A stretch of DNA of 64,000 nucleotides from Vampirovibrionaceae bacterium NZW_1234 (GTDB lineage: Bacteria; Cyanobacteriota; Vampirovibrionia; Vampirovibrionales; JAGQHJ01): assembly GCA_041697335.1 (NCBI GenBank), contig JBGUGD010000039.1:96001-160000 (forward strand), in the 5' to 3' direction. The notes beneath the pieces were generated by a model. That model was not told where the DNA came from and did no database searches. It saw only the letters and a program-made list of their open reading frames with translations. A program made the translations under genes and the position numbers. Shown here one piece after another: positions 1 to 9,591 of the stretch; positions within the stretch are counted from its first letter, which is position 1; every line of letters starts with the position of its first letter.

Positions 1-783
1 CTAGAGGAGTGGGCCATCATCTGCGCCTCGCATTCTGCCTCTGCGATACACCTGAAGCTGGTTCATCGATTATTAGAGCGAGCCCAAGCAACTGAAGCTG
101 ATCTTCAGTGTGGTCCGCACATGCCCACTGATGAGTCCACTTCAAAGCAGCTCATCTGTTCTCAATCAGCCCCAACCAAGATCCATAACAACTGCTCGGG
201 AAAGCATGCCGGCATGTTGTTGGCGTGCCGGTATTACGGCTGGCCTTTGGAAACGTACCTTGACCCTGATCACCCCTTACAGCAGGCCATTCGAAAAATT
301 ATCGAGCATTACAGCGAGACCGACGCCATCATCACCGCCATTGACGGTTGTGGAGCACCGGTATTTGGTCTCCCCCTCGCCTCTATCGCCAAATTATTTC
401 AGAACCTGGCTATACAACCTGAATTAGCGCATCTTTACCGGGCCATGGTCACCCATCCCGAACTCGTGGGTGATGCCCATCGGATTGATTCCAACCTCAT
501 GAAGATCAGCCAAGGCAATATCGTGGCCAAGGTTGGAGCAGAAGGGTTTCTCGGTCTAGCCCATCGCGAGCGAAAAGAGGGCCTTGCCATCAAGATGCAT
601 GACGGCAGCAACGAGATGCGGGATCGACTGGTCATTACGTTATTGGAAAAACTTGACTGGTTGAGCTTCGATCAGGCTGAAGCTCTTCGGCAAATGCCAC
701 AGTTCTCGTCCCACCGCGTGAACACCCAGGGCAAAGTTATCGGCCATTATACCTTTGAGTTCCCTAACAGCGTGCCTGTCTAG
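1..783 (+). CDS. L-asparaginase II family protein (Rhizobium-type), 5'-truncated by window edge
   Basis: Frame is open from base 1 (LEEWAIICASHSA...). Contains the family motifs ASH, NNCSGKH, DGCGAP and AKVGAEG. Confidence 0.85.
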   Translation, partial: LEEWAIICASHSASAIHLKLVHRLLERAQATEADLQCGPHMPTDESTSKQLICSQSAPTKIHNNCSGKHAGMLLACRYYGWPLETYLDPDHPLQQAIRKIIEHYSETDAIITAIDGCGAPVFGLPLASIAKLFQNLAIQPELAHLYRAMVTHPELVGDAHRIDSNLMKISQGNIVAKVGAEGFLGLAHRERKEGLAIKMHDGSNEMRDRLVITLLEKLDWLSFDQAEALRQMPQFSSHRVNTQGKVIGHYTFEFPNSVPV

Positions 784-2663
784 CGCTCCGAGACATGGCT
801 GCTTTGGGACATGGGCGAATCCACATAGGTGTCTTCGTCTTGCATGGTCGAGACAAAGGGCATCGGGCCTTCCAATTGCATTTTGTTAATACGGTGGCCA
901 TCCATTTCCAGGACCGTAAACATTAAGTCTTCAAACGGCACCTGATCGCCTTCCTTGGGTTCCCGGCCCAACAATCCAAAGACAAAGCCCCCAATGGTAT
1001 TGAACTCTTCATCGGGAATGCCCAGTTTAAAACGCTCATTGAGCTCGTCAATATTTATCCGCCCACTCATCACAATGCGGTTGGGCTCAGGCTGATCCAG
1101 AACATCCTGATCTTCATCGTACTCGTCCCAAATTTCACCCACGATCTCTTCTAACAAGTCCTCCAGGGTAACCAGGCCAGCAAAGCCGCCGTGCTCATCA
1201 GCCACCATGGCGATTTGAATTTTCTTGCGCTTGAATTCTTCCAGCAAATCGCTCACCGGTTTATTTTCGGGGTAAATATCAAACTCACGAACCAGTCCCT
1301 GAAGAGGCACGTCCATTTCACCGCGACGCAGGTACTCAAACACATCCTTGGCATGGATTGCACCGATCATATTGTCAATATCTTCCTGATAAACCGGAAT
1401 CCGGGTGTGGCCGGTTTTAACAATAATGTCTACCAAGTCGTTCAAGGACTCCGATACTTCAATACAATCCACATCGGTCCGAGGGATCATAATGTCACTG
1501 ACCACGGCGTGGGTAAATTCATAGACATTTTTGAGGATACGCTCTTCGCGCTGTTTAAGCACATTGCGTTCCCGGCCCTGTTCAATCAACCGATAGAACT
1601 GATCACTCCATTCAACGTTGGTCTCATCGGCCAAAACCTCGATGATAACCTCTTTGACATTAGATACCCGAGCCTGTACCCGATCCCGAATCCGGTCCGT
1701 CAGGTCATCCACATCTTTCACCAGAATGTCCGGGTCAACCTCGACCCGCATGTGAACCACAACCCCGGACATCCCGTAATCAATGGTCTTCAAGTCATGC
1801 ACTTGCGACACACCCGAAAGACTCAAGACAAAGTCGCGAATCTTCTGCTCAACCTGTGGGCTGGCCGAAGAGCCGGTCAAGCCCTTGCTGTTATGCAGGA
1901 ACAAGTAAATCGCCAAACTCAGCAGCATCAAACCGATCAAAATAGAAGCGGAGGCGTCAGGGACATGGGCGTAGGCTTGAGGCAAAATCCCAATTACTGT
2001 TCCCACTTGAGAAATGGTAATTGCCACCAGGGCCACAATCGCACCCAGAAGCGCAATGGTGTCTTCATAGTAAACAAACCGAGTAGTGGGGCTAATAATT
2101 GTGCGTACATGCTTACCTGCCGTCACCACACGACGCCACCACGAGGACTCGGTCAGTTCTTTCTCGTTTAACACAGCCGTCGCGGCAACATTGACAGCCC
2201 CAATCTCAAGAACAATACTGACCAATAGCACAACAGCCGATAACCAATACCCTTCCAGAGGTTGAGGGTGAATAAAGCGGTTGATGCCAATATACATGGA
2301 CATACTGGCCAATATGAGCATTAACAGACTGGCCAGCATCGCCCAAAGCGTGGTCTCCAACCCATACCCAAAGGGATGCGTTTTATCTGGCGCACGGCTG
2401 CCTTTGTAAAGACCAATCAATAAAAAACCGCTGTTTAACGAATCAGCCATCGAGTGCATGGCTTCAGAGAGCATGGCACTCTGGCGCCCAAGGATACCGG
2501 CTATCAGTTTCACCCCACCAATGGACAGGTTGGCGGCCAAAGCCACTAAAACGGCGCGCTTACTGTGCCAAGTGTCTGACTTGGCGGACGAAGGGAGAAC
2601 AACTGTTTCAATACTGCGTTGTGACCGTAAGGGACTACTGTCAGAGGAGTCAGAACTGGCCAT
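780..2663 (-). CDS. Cation diffusion facilitator (CDF) transporter fused to CBS pair + CorC/HlyC domain
   Basis: N-half: CDF TM helices with SEAMHSMADS, HPFGYG and YYED, then the dimerisation domain (VHDLKT...VHMRVEVD). C-half: IMIPRTD, GHTRIPVY, DEHGGFAGLVTLEDLLEEIVGEIWDEYD and TIGGFVFGLLGREP, typical of CorC/HlyC. Confidence 0.88.
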   Translation of the reverse strand: MASSDSSDSSPLRSQRSIETVVLPSSAKSDTWHSKRAVLVALAANLSIGGVKLIAGILGRQSAMLSEAMHSMADSLNSGFLLIGLYKGSRAPDKTHPFGYGLETTLWAMLASLLMLILASMSMYIGINRFIHPQPLEGYWLSAVVLLVSIVLEIGAVNVAATAVLNEKELTESSWWRRVVTAGKHVRTIISPTTRFVYYEDTIALLGAIVALVAITISQVGTVIGILPQAYAHVPDASASILIGLMLLSLAIYLFLHNSKGLTGSSASPQVEQKIRDFVLSLSGVSQVHDLKTIDYGMSGVVVHMRVEVDPDILVKDVDDLTDRIRDRVQARVSNVKEVIIEVLADETNVEWSDQFYRLIEQGRERNVLKQREERILKNVYEFTHAVVSDIMIPRTDVDCIEVSESLNDLVDIIVKTGHTRIPVYQEDIDNMIGAIHAKDVFEYLRRGEMDVPLQGLVREFDIYPENKPVSDLLEEFKRKKIQIAMVADEHGGFAGLVTLEDLLEEIVGEIWDEYDEDQDVLDQPEPNRIVMSGRINIDELNERFKLGIPDEEFNTIGGFVFGLLGREPKEGDQVPFEDLMFTVLEMDGHRINKMQLEGPMPFVSTMQDEDTYVDSPMSQSSHVSER

Positions 2664-2807
2664 GGAACCTCAATGGTTACGGACACATCAAACCTGGATA
2701 AAAGGACAGATTCTGGAGAAGATATCGATCCGGGGCGAAAAAACTTCAATACCCCATCCAGTTTTTCGAAATTTATTTTATAGCTATTCCCCCGAGTTTT
2801 CAAGAGA

Positions 2808-3119
2808 TTAAGGCTGAATATCCTCCAAAAAGGTTTCCTCTCCCGTAACCGGGGCCAAGCCCTCTTTGGCCGAGAGTGTCCCCGCCGGGGATTTCTGAGA
2901 TTTGGAGACATTTCCAAACCACCCGCCACCCGAACGATTTCCTTTAGGATGGGCCAAAATGGCACCTATCCGATACCCAATGACACCGAGAACCACGCTG
3001 GACCCCAGTCCAAAGATCATGGCATGCAATGGATTATCGGTGGTCACATAGGCACGTGTGGCAATGACCAGAAAAGTCAACGAAGCAAAGATACCGGCTA
3101 ATCGAACCTCTTGTTTCAT
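2808..3119 (-). CDS. Small hypothetical membrane protein (2 TM)
   Basis: 103-aa ORF with two hydrophobic segments, co-oriented 17 bp after flhA, AAGG upstream of ATG. Confidence 0.65.
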   Translation of the reverse strand: MKQEVRLAGIFASLTFLVIATRAYVTTDNPLHAMIFGLGSSVVLGVIGYRIGAILAHPKGNRSGGGWFGNVSKSQKSPAGTLSAKEGLAPVTGEETFLEDIQP

Positions 3120-3136
3120 ACCTTAAAACCCGGACT

Positions 3137-5233
3137 TCATGACATAACAGCCGCCTCCACGTGGATGGTTCCTAAGGAAACCGCCCGAACCGTGGGGCCT
3201 ATTTCGTTGTAAGACAATACGGCAACCTGCGAAAGCATCCGCTCAATCAGGCGACGCAGTGGCAAACGCAGCCTGGAGTTACACAGCAGGACAGGTTGCA
3301 AGCCATGATTCATCAATACGGATTCCACCGCTTGATTAATGCTGGTCAACAGGTTCTGGGTGTATACAGGGCTCAAGCCCAACAACTCTCCACTTTCGGT
3401 TAAGCCCGCCGCCAACTTATCTTCAACATCGGGTGCTAAGGTAATCACAGGCAGTTCACCTGTGTTCGGATCCTGATACTGCTTGCAAATGCTCCGAGAC
3501 AAGGCCATCCGGCATTGCTCCATTAAATAATCCTTGTCCTTGGATACCCGGCTATGATATGTCAGAGCCTCCAGGATGCTGGCCAAATCCCGAATGGAGA
3601 CACGCTCCCGAAGCAGATTCTGTAAAATCACATGCAATTCAGCCACGGTCAGTTGATCGGGAATCAGATCCTCAACCAGCGATTCAGCAGATTTTTTGAG
3701 GTTATCCAGAAGCGATTGTACATCCAGACGAGACAGAATGTCGGGCGAGTATTTCTTGATGACTTCAGTCAGGTGCGTTGCAACCACCGCAGAAGCACTC
3801 ACAATGGTATACCCTTTCGCCTCTGCCTCTTCTTTTTGATCCGGGTAAATCCAGATGGCTGGCAGGCCAAAAGCAGGCTCTTTACCGGCAATACCGTTGA
3901 TGGGTTCGGCCATATTATCCGTGTTCATGGCCATCCACATTTCAGGGCGGACTTCGCCACTGTCAATCACCACACCCCGAATCTTGATGTTGTAGCCGTT
4001 GGGAGAGAGTTGCAAGTTGTCACGCACACGCACAGAGGGCAACACCATACCCAGTTCAATTGCTACTTGGCGCCGTATTTGCGAGATCCGATCCAGCAGG
4101 TCACCCCCATTCTCAGGTTCCAGCAATGGAACCAGTCGATAGCCGATTTCCACCTCCAGGGATTCCACCTGTAGCAGATCCATGACGCTTTCCGAGGTAC
4201 TGGCCTTTTTGATCTTGGCCTTGGCCGATTCAGCCGCTTGCTGGCGCTCCTGTTCGGCTAGCTTACGCTTTTGACCCTTGTAAAGGAAATAGCTTCCGGC
4301 CCCCAAAGCAGCCGCAATCAACATAAAGGGCAACGTGGGCAAACCCGGGATCAAGGCCAAAGCCCCCATCAAGGAGCCCACAATACCCAGAATCTTGGGA
4401 TCCATAAACATTTGTGCCTGAATGTCATCGCCCAAGTTCCGCTGATCGGAATCCGAAACACGGGTTACCAAAATACCGGTGGCTGCCGAAATAACCAGGG
4501 CAGGCATTTGTGACACCAAGCCATCCCCAATGGTGAGGATGGTAAAGTGTTGAACTGCATCCTGAATGGACATTCCCTGTTGAAAAACGCCCACAATTAA
4601 ACCCCCAATAATATTCACCACGGTAATCAAAATGGCAGCAAAGGCATCACCCTTAACGAATTTGGAGGCACCGTCCATGGTCCCGTAGAAATCAGCTTCG
4701 CGCTGAATCTGGCTGCGGCGGACCTTGGCTTCTTCTTCGGTAATAATTCCGGCGTTTAAATCAGCATCAATACTTAACTGCTTTCCAGGCATCGCATCCA
4801 AGGTAAAGCGGGCAGCCACCTCGGCAACCCGACCAGCACCGGTGGTAATGACACTGAAGTTAATGATGACGAGAATAATAAAGATAAGAATCCCGACGAG
4901 GTAGTTCCCCCCGACAACGAAACTCCCGAACGCATGAATAACCGCACCAGCCTCCCCATGGGTTAATATCAGTCGTGTGGCGCTCACGTTCAGGCCCAGG
5001 CGAAACAGGGTGGCTACCAGAAGAATAATGGGGAACGTCGAATACTGAAGTGGCTCATGTGTGTACAAGGTCACCATTAAAATCGTTACGGCCAGGGCCA
5101 AATCCACCGTCAGCAAGACATCCAGAAAAAACGACGGCATGGGCAACAGCAGCATACCGATAATCAAGGAAATGCCGACAGCCAGAAAGATGTCGTTGTG
5201 TTTCAGGAGCTTGGATAAACTCAGTTTATTCAT
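3137..5233 (-). CDS. flhA: Flagellar export apparatus protein FlhA
   Basis: FHIPEP motifs RVAEVAARFTLDAMPGKQLSIDADL, FYGTMDGASKFVKGDA and LTIGDGLV. Confidence 0.96.
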   Translation of the reverse strand: MNKLSLSKLLKHNDIFLAVGISLIIGMLLLPMPSFFLDVLLTVDLALAVTILMVTLYTHEPLQYSTFPIILLVATLFRLGLNVSATRLILTHGEAGAVIHAFGSFVVGGNYLVGILIFIILVIINFSVITTGAGRVAEVAARFTLDAMPGKQLSIDADLNAGIITEEEAKVRRSQIQREADFYGTMDGASKFVKGDAFAAILITVVNIIGGLIVGVFQQGMSIQDAVQHFTILTIGDGLVSQMPALVISAATGILVTRVSDSDQRNLGDDIQAQMFMDPKILGIVGSLMGALALIPGLPTLPFMLIAAALGAGSYFLYKGQKRKLAEQERQQAAESAKAKIKKASTSESVMDLLQVESLEVEIGYRLVPLLEPENGGDLLDRISQIRRQVAIELGMVLPSVRVRDNLQLSPNGYNIKIRGVVIDSGEVRPEMWMAMNTDNMAEPINGIAGKEPAFGLPAIWIYPDQKEEAEAKGYTIVSASAVVATHLTEVIKKYSPDILSRLDVQSLLDNLKKSAESLVEDLIPDQLTVAELHVILQNLLRERVSIRDLASILEALTYHSRVSKDKDYLMEQCRMALSRSICKQYQDPNTGELPVITLAPDVEDKLAAGLTESGELLGLSPVYTQNLLTSINQAVESVLMNHGLQPVLLCNSRLRLPLRRLIERMLSQVAVLSYNEIGPTVRAVSLGTIHVEAAVMS

Positions 5234-5255
5234 GCAGCATACCCTGTTCTCTCAC

Positions 5256-6344
5256 TTACTTCACCGTCTGAACCTGGGGACGCCGACGCCCCTTGTTACG
5301 TTTAAACACGAAGGCCAGAACCTCGGCCACGGCAATAAACAGTTCCGGCGGGATTAAGTGATTGACTTCAACCAATGCGTACAAACTTCGAGCCAGAGGC
5401 CGGTTTTCCACAATGGGCACCTTATTCTCCTTAGCAATTTGGCGAATCTTCAAGGCCATATGATCCGTGCCCTTGGCCACCACAATGGGAGCCGGAGCAA
5501 CGTCGGGATCATACTTAATGGCCACAGCAAAGTGGGTCGGGTTGGTTACCACAACATCGGCCTGAGGGATAGCTTTGGCCATTTTAGAGAATGCAATCTC
5601 CTGCCCCTTGGCCCGCACTTTGCCTTTAATCTGTTGGTTCCCCTCGGCGTTCTTCATTTCATCTTTGACTTCCTGCTTGGTCATCTTCAGGTTTTTCATC
5701 AGCTGGCGCTTCTGCCACCAGAGGTCCACCACACCCAACACCAACATAACCAAAGCAATGGAGGAGGCAATCTGAATTACCATCTGGAAAATAAAGCCCC
5801 ACGCCTCGGTAAAGCCCATGGTCGCCATACTCAACAAGTGTCCCTTGTTGGCATTAATAATGGAAAACCCACATGCCCCTACAATCACCATTTTCAAGAG
5901 ATTCTTGGCCAACTCCACCAAAGAGCGGACAGAGACAAAGCGTTTGGCTCCCGCAATCGGGTTCAACTTGGAAAAATTAGGCTTAATCACCTGAAATGAC
6001 ACCATCCACTTGACTTGGAGAATATTAATCAAAATTCCGACCACCATAATGGTCAACATAAAGGGAATTACCAACAAAACAACGTGATACACGATGTCTC
6101 TGAAGAGTTGGCCAAACGTCAATACAGTCAACGTGTGGGCCATACGAAGTTCATGATGCAGGAGTTCTCGGGTCAGGCGGCATAAATAATTGAATAAATA
6201 CGAGCTGTACGTAATCAAGAGAATCCAGGAAGCCACCAGGACCAACGCCGAATTTAATTCATTGCTTTTGGCAACCTGGCCTTTTCGTCTGGCATCGGCC
6301 AGACGTTTACCTGTAGGCTGTTCTGTTTTTTCCTGTCCTGACAT
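5256..6344 (-). CDS. flhB: Flagellar export switch protein FlhB
   Basis: EKTEQPT..RL.DARRKGQV N-terminus, MTKQEVKDE, intact NPTH autocleavage motif. Confidence 0.96.
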   Translation of the reverse strand: MSGQEKTEQPTGKRLADARRKGQVAKSNELNSALVLVASWILLITYSSYLFNYLCRLTRELLHHELRMAHTLTVLTFGQLFRDIVYHVVLLVIPFMLTIMVVGILINILQVKWMVSFQVIKPNFSKLNPIAGAKRFVSVRSLVELAKNLLKMVIVGACGFSIINANKGHLLSMATMGFTEAWGFIFQMVIQIASSIALVMLVLGVVDLWWQKRQLMKNLKMTKQEVKDEMKNAEGNQQIKGKVRAKGQEIAFSKMAKAIPQADVVVTNPTHFAVAIKYDPDVAPAPIVVAKGTDHMALKIRQIAKENKVPIVENRPLARSLYALVEVNHLIPPELFIAVAEVLAFVFKRNKGRRRPQVQTVK

Positions 6345-6353
6345 ACAGCCTCC

Positions 6354-7142
6354 CTAAGTCCTGAACAGTATCATCAAGTGCGAGGTCAACTCCTCATAGG
6401 CCTTGCCCAGGGCCTCAGCCGTGTAGGGCAAGGTAATGGAAATGAGCAACAGACCCAACATAATCTTGCCGGGCAGCGAAACCATCATAATGTTCATTTG
6501 GGGCATTAGCTTGGCCATAAACGCCAGAGCAACCTCTTTTACCAGAATAATACCCATCACGGGCAATACCAGAAGCATGGATAAGACAATGGCGTGTGAG
6601 CCCAAGCCCGTAAAACGTTGAGCCAACAAAGCAAAGGATTCAATCCCTGTTGCCAGCGGCACAAATTCAAAACTCTTGGCAACTGCCATAATCAGACTGT
6701 GATGAATATTCAGGGTCATAAACAGCATCAGCGCCAACATGCTGTAAAACTGACCAATGGCCGGAGAGTTAACCTGGGTTGTTGGGTCCAGGGCTTGTGC
6801 CATATTCAAGCCAATCATCACACTGATATGCCCACCGGCCATCTGAACCGAAGCAAAAACCAGTTGAGCCACAAACCCAAGCATCAAGCCAATGGCCAAC
6901 TCCTGAAACGCCAGCCAGCCAAAGCTCCAAAGGTCCTTCGCCCAGATAGGAGCAGCATTGGTGGAATAAATGGGAAACATCACCATGCCCAACGTAAAGA
7001 TCAGAAAAATACGGACCTGAATCGGAATTCCCAACTGCGTAAAAAACGGTGCCGTCGCCATCATGCCGCTGATGCGCATTAGCATCAGCATAAACACCAT
7101 TACGGTGGCTTCGGAAAAAATGGCTAGCAGATTCGGGTTCAA
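6354..7142 (-). CDS. fliR: Flagellar export gate protein FliR
   Basis: Hydrophobic 262 aa with RISGMMATAPFF and KLMPQMNI; lies between fliQ and flhB; TTG start with AAGGAG. Confidence 0.93.
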   Translation of the reverse strand: MNPNLLAIFSEATVMVFMLMLMRISGMMATAPFFTQLGIPIQVRIFLIFTLGMVMFPIYSTNAAPIWAKDLWSFGWLAFQELAIGLMLGFVAQLVFASVQMAGGHISVMIGLNMAQALDPTTQVNSPAIGQFYSMLALMLFMTLNIHHSLIMAVAKSFEFVPLATGIESFALLAQRFTGLGSHAIVLSMLLVLPVMGIILVKEVALAFMAKLMPQMNIMMVSLPGKIMLGLLLISITLPYTAEALGKAYEELTSHLMILFRT

Positions 7143-7160
7143 TCCAGAAGACTCCTTCGC

Positions 7161-7430
7161 TTATTCCGTAATGGTTACCATGTGATTCAGAATTCGATGC
7201 GTGCGATCGATATACACGCTCAGCATCCAGGGACAGGCAATGACCAGAACCACGAGTGAGACGAGAATCTTCGGCACAAAGGTCAATGTTGCTTCCTGAA
7301 TCTGAGTGACCGCCTGAAACAGGCTGATTAAAATCCCAACGGACATAGCCACAACCAGAACCGGGGCACACAGCATCAGGATTAGCATAATGGTTTCTTG
7401 TAACAAGCCAATAAAGGCCATTTCAGACAT
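7161..7430 (-). CDS. fliQ: Flagellar export gate protein FliQ
   Basis: SLFQAVTQIQEATLTFVPK signature. Start placed at ATG 7430 (GGAG upstream). Confidence 0.95.
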   Translation of the reverse strand: MSEMAFIGLLQETIMLILMLCAPVLVVAMSVGILISLFQAVTQIQEATLTFVPKILVSLVVLVIACPWMLSVYIDRTHRILNHMVTITE

Positions 7431-7457
7431 ATTCTTACGCTCCACTCATCACGGTCA

Positions 7458-8228
7458 TTAATGAAACCCCAGAACCAGAGCTTCGGTAATCAGATGCCAC
7501 CCATCGACCAGAACAAAGAGAACAAGTTTGAAAGGCAAAGAAATGGTCATTGGTGGCAGAAAGACCATCCCCATAGACGTTAGCAAGCTGGCAATAACAA
7601 TGTCGATAACAATAAACGGCAAAAAGACAATAAACCCAAGCTGAAATGCTGTTTTCAACTCACTGATAATAAAGGCAGGCAGCAATACATACGTCGGTAC
7701 ATCATCGGTGGTTTTCGGGGCCTTGAGCTTGGCCAAACGAACAAACAAGCCCACGTCCTTTTCATCCACCTGCTTAAACATAAAGCTGCGTAAGGGGTCC
7801 AGGGCCAGGGTAATAGCCTTTTCCTGGGCCAATTGATGGTGAAGATAAGGTTGAAGTGCCTTGTTGTTAATGGCTGAAAACGTGGGGGACATAACAAAGA
7901 AGGTCAGAATCAGAGCCAACCCAACCACCACTTGATTGGGAGGCAGCGTGGGCGATCCGATGGCATGACGGACCAACGATAAAACAATCACAATCCGGGT
8001 AAAGGCCGTCGTCATAATCAGAAGGGCCGGTGCCAAGGTCAGCACCGTCAACAGGATCATGATCTGGAGGCCTTTGCTGATATCTTCAGGGTTATTCGAT
8101 TGCCCCAGCTTGATATCCAGGGTGGGCAAGCCCCCTGAAATTTGGGCAAACGCATCGGTTGGAAGCCCAATCATGAGCAACACCATTGCAAAGACTATCC
8201 AAAGCGATTTTTCTCTGACCCACCGCAT
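7458..8228 (-). CDS. fliP: Flagellar export gate protein FliP
   Basis: MTTAFTRIVIVL, PPNQV, LPAFIISELKTAF and LPFKLVLFVLVDGW. Start at ATG 8228 gives a signal-peptide-like N-terminus (AFA-Q); the ORF is open to 8324. Confidence 0.95.
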   Translation of the reverse strand: MRWVREKSLWIVFAMVLLMIGLPTDAFAQISGGLPTLDIKLGQSNNPEDISKGLQIMILLTVLTLAPALLIMTTAFTRIVIVLSLVRHAIGSPTLPPNQVVVGLALILTFFVMSPTFSAINNKALQPYLHHQLAQEKAITLALDPLRSFMFKQVDEKDVGLFVRLAKLKAPKTTDDVPTYVLLPAFIISELKTAFQLGFIVFLPFIVIDIVIASLLTSMGMVFLPPMTISLPFKLVLFVLVDGWHLITEALVLGFH

Positions 8229-8383
8229 ACGTGCTCTCGCTCTCTCAGGACCATCGTCCCTGACCGGGACGTTCTCACATACACCTATCCTGATGATGAC
8301 CGATTTTGATGCCCTTGCCATCAACCAAACATAGGAGTCCTCATAAGGGACTTCCTCTAAGCGAATGTGAAGGGATAAATTTC

Positions 8384-9532
8384 TTATTTTCGGGGAGCGT
8401 CTGTGGAGACTCGGGCGAGTTCCTGATAAAGCTCTTTTTCTCTAGCTGACAGACTTTTGGGGGAAACAATGTAGACAGTCACGAACTGATCCCCTGTATT
8501 GTTGTTCAGCTTAACCCCTTGCCCTTTCAAGCGAAAGACCGTTCCCGAGTTGGTCAGGGCAGGAATCACCATTTTGACCTTGCCATGCAGGGTTGGCACA
8601 TCAATTTCGGCCCCAAGCACAGCCTCCGGAATCGTAATGGGTACATCACATGTAACCGTCAGCCCGTCAATCTTCAGGGCCTGCTCTTCCTCAATTTTGA
8701 TCAGCAGGAATAAATCCCCGGGTTCGCCGCCCTGAAGACCCCGCCCACCCTCTTTCGCCACACGAACCTTGGAACCGGCCTTGACGCCTGCCGGAATACG
8801 GACATCAATCTTTCGCACCGTCACCAATTGCTTATCCCCATGGCACACTGAACAAGGCAGACCATTGACCTTGCCTGTGGCCGAGCAGCGCTTGCAAGCT
8901 TCGGTGTGCTGAACACTAACCGTTTTCACAATACCTTGCTGAGACTCGTTGCGAGAGATAACCGTCTCCACCGTCACATCTTCACCTCGAACCGGCTTCG
9001 AGGAGGCCGCCTTGTTGGCGGCCGAATAGGCCCGTTGGGCATCGCGAACAGCCGAAGGCTCCGGACCGGATGAGGCAGCAGTATTGCCATCGGCTCTCTC
9101 GTCCTTGCGAAACAAAGAGTCAAACATATCTTTGAACCCGGCATTCTTGCCATCACCTGCGTCTGCGGAAGTTTGTTTGGTCGAGGACCCTGCTGAGGTT
9201 TTTGTCCGAGGAGGGGGCGGTGCTTTAGCATTTTTTGCCCTCCCACCAGAAGCGGGCTCTCGGGTTGAAGTCGACTGCGCCTGGGTGTTCTTGTCAGTCG
9301 ATGTTTTTCGACGAATGCCAAAACTTAAATCATAGGCCTGGCGTTTTTCAGGTTCAGATAATACGGCATAGGCTTCTCCCACCTGCTTGAACTTGGACTC
9401 GGCAATAGGATTTCCAGGGTTAATGTCCGGGTGGTACTTACGCGCCAGACGTCGGTAAGCACTTTTGATCTCCGCCATATCCGCCGACGGAGTCACTTCC
9501 AGAATGTCATAATACGTTTGACGGTGATCCAC
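8384..9532 (-). CDS. DnaJ-family co-chaperone (J domain, long linker, reduced Zn finger, C-terminal domain)
   Basis: YYDILEV...AYRRLARKYHPD J domain; only two CxxC motifs (CKRC, CSVC); C-terminal GDLFL and EAVLGAEIDVPTL. Confidence 0.9.
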   Translation of the reverse strand: MDHRQTYYDILEVTPSADMAEIKSAYRRLARKYHPDINPGNPIAESKFKQVGEAYAVLSEPEKRQAYDLSFGIRRKTSTDKNTQAQSTSTREPASGGRAKNAKAPPPPRTKTSAGSSTKQTSADAGDGKNAGFKDMFDSLFRKDERADGNTAASSGPEPSAVRDAQRAYSAANKAASSKPVRGEDVTVETVISRNESQQGIVKTVSVQHTEACKRCSATGKVNGLPCSVCHGDKQLVTVRKIDVRIPAGVKAGSKVRVAKEGGRGLQGGEPGDLFLLIKIEEEQALKIDGLTVTCDVPITIPEAVLGAEIDVPTLHGKVKMVIPALTNSGTVFRLKGQGVKLNNNTGDQFVTVYIVSPKSLSAREKELYQELARVSTDAPRK

Positions 9533-9591
9533 CCATAGACCCTCTGTTCAAGTCTATTTCCATGATGGCATTATCTCACAGCCCAGCCCAT

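Noticed and set aside
1191..2171. 326-aa plus-strand ORF (likewise 5358..5999, 54281..54883, 55036..55701 and many shorter ones)
   Set aside because: Lie antisense to well-supported genes; typical shadow ORFs.
3137..8324. Injectisome (non-flagellar T3SS) assignment
   Set aside because: The order fliP-Q-R-flhB-flhA and a signal-peptide-bearing FliP fit the flagellar type; no needle or ring genes are adjacent, and the only secretin belongs to the Tad locus.
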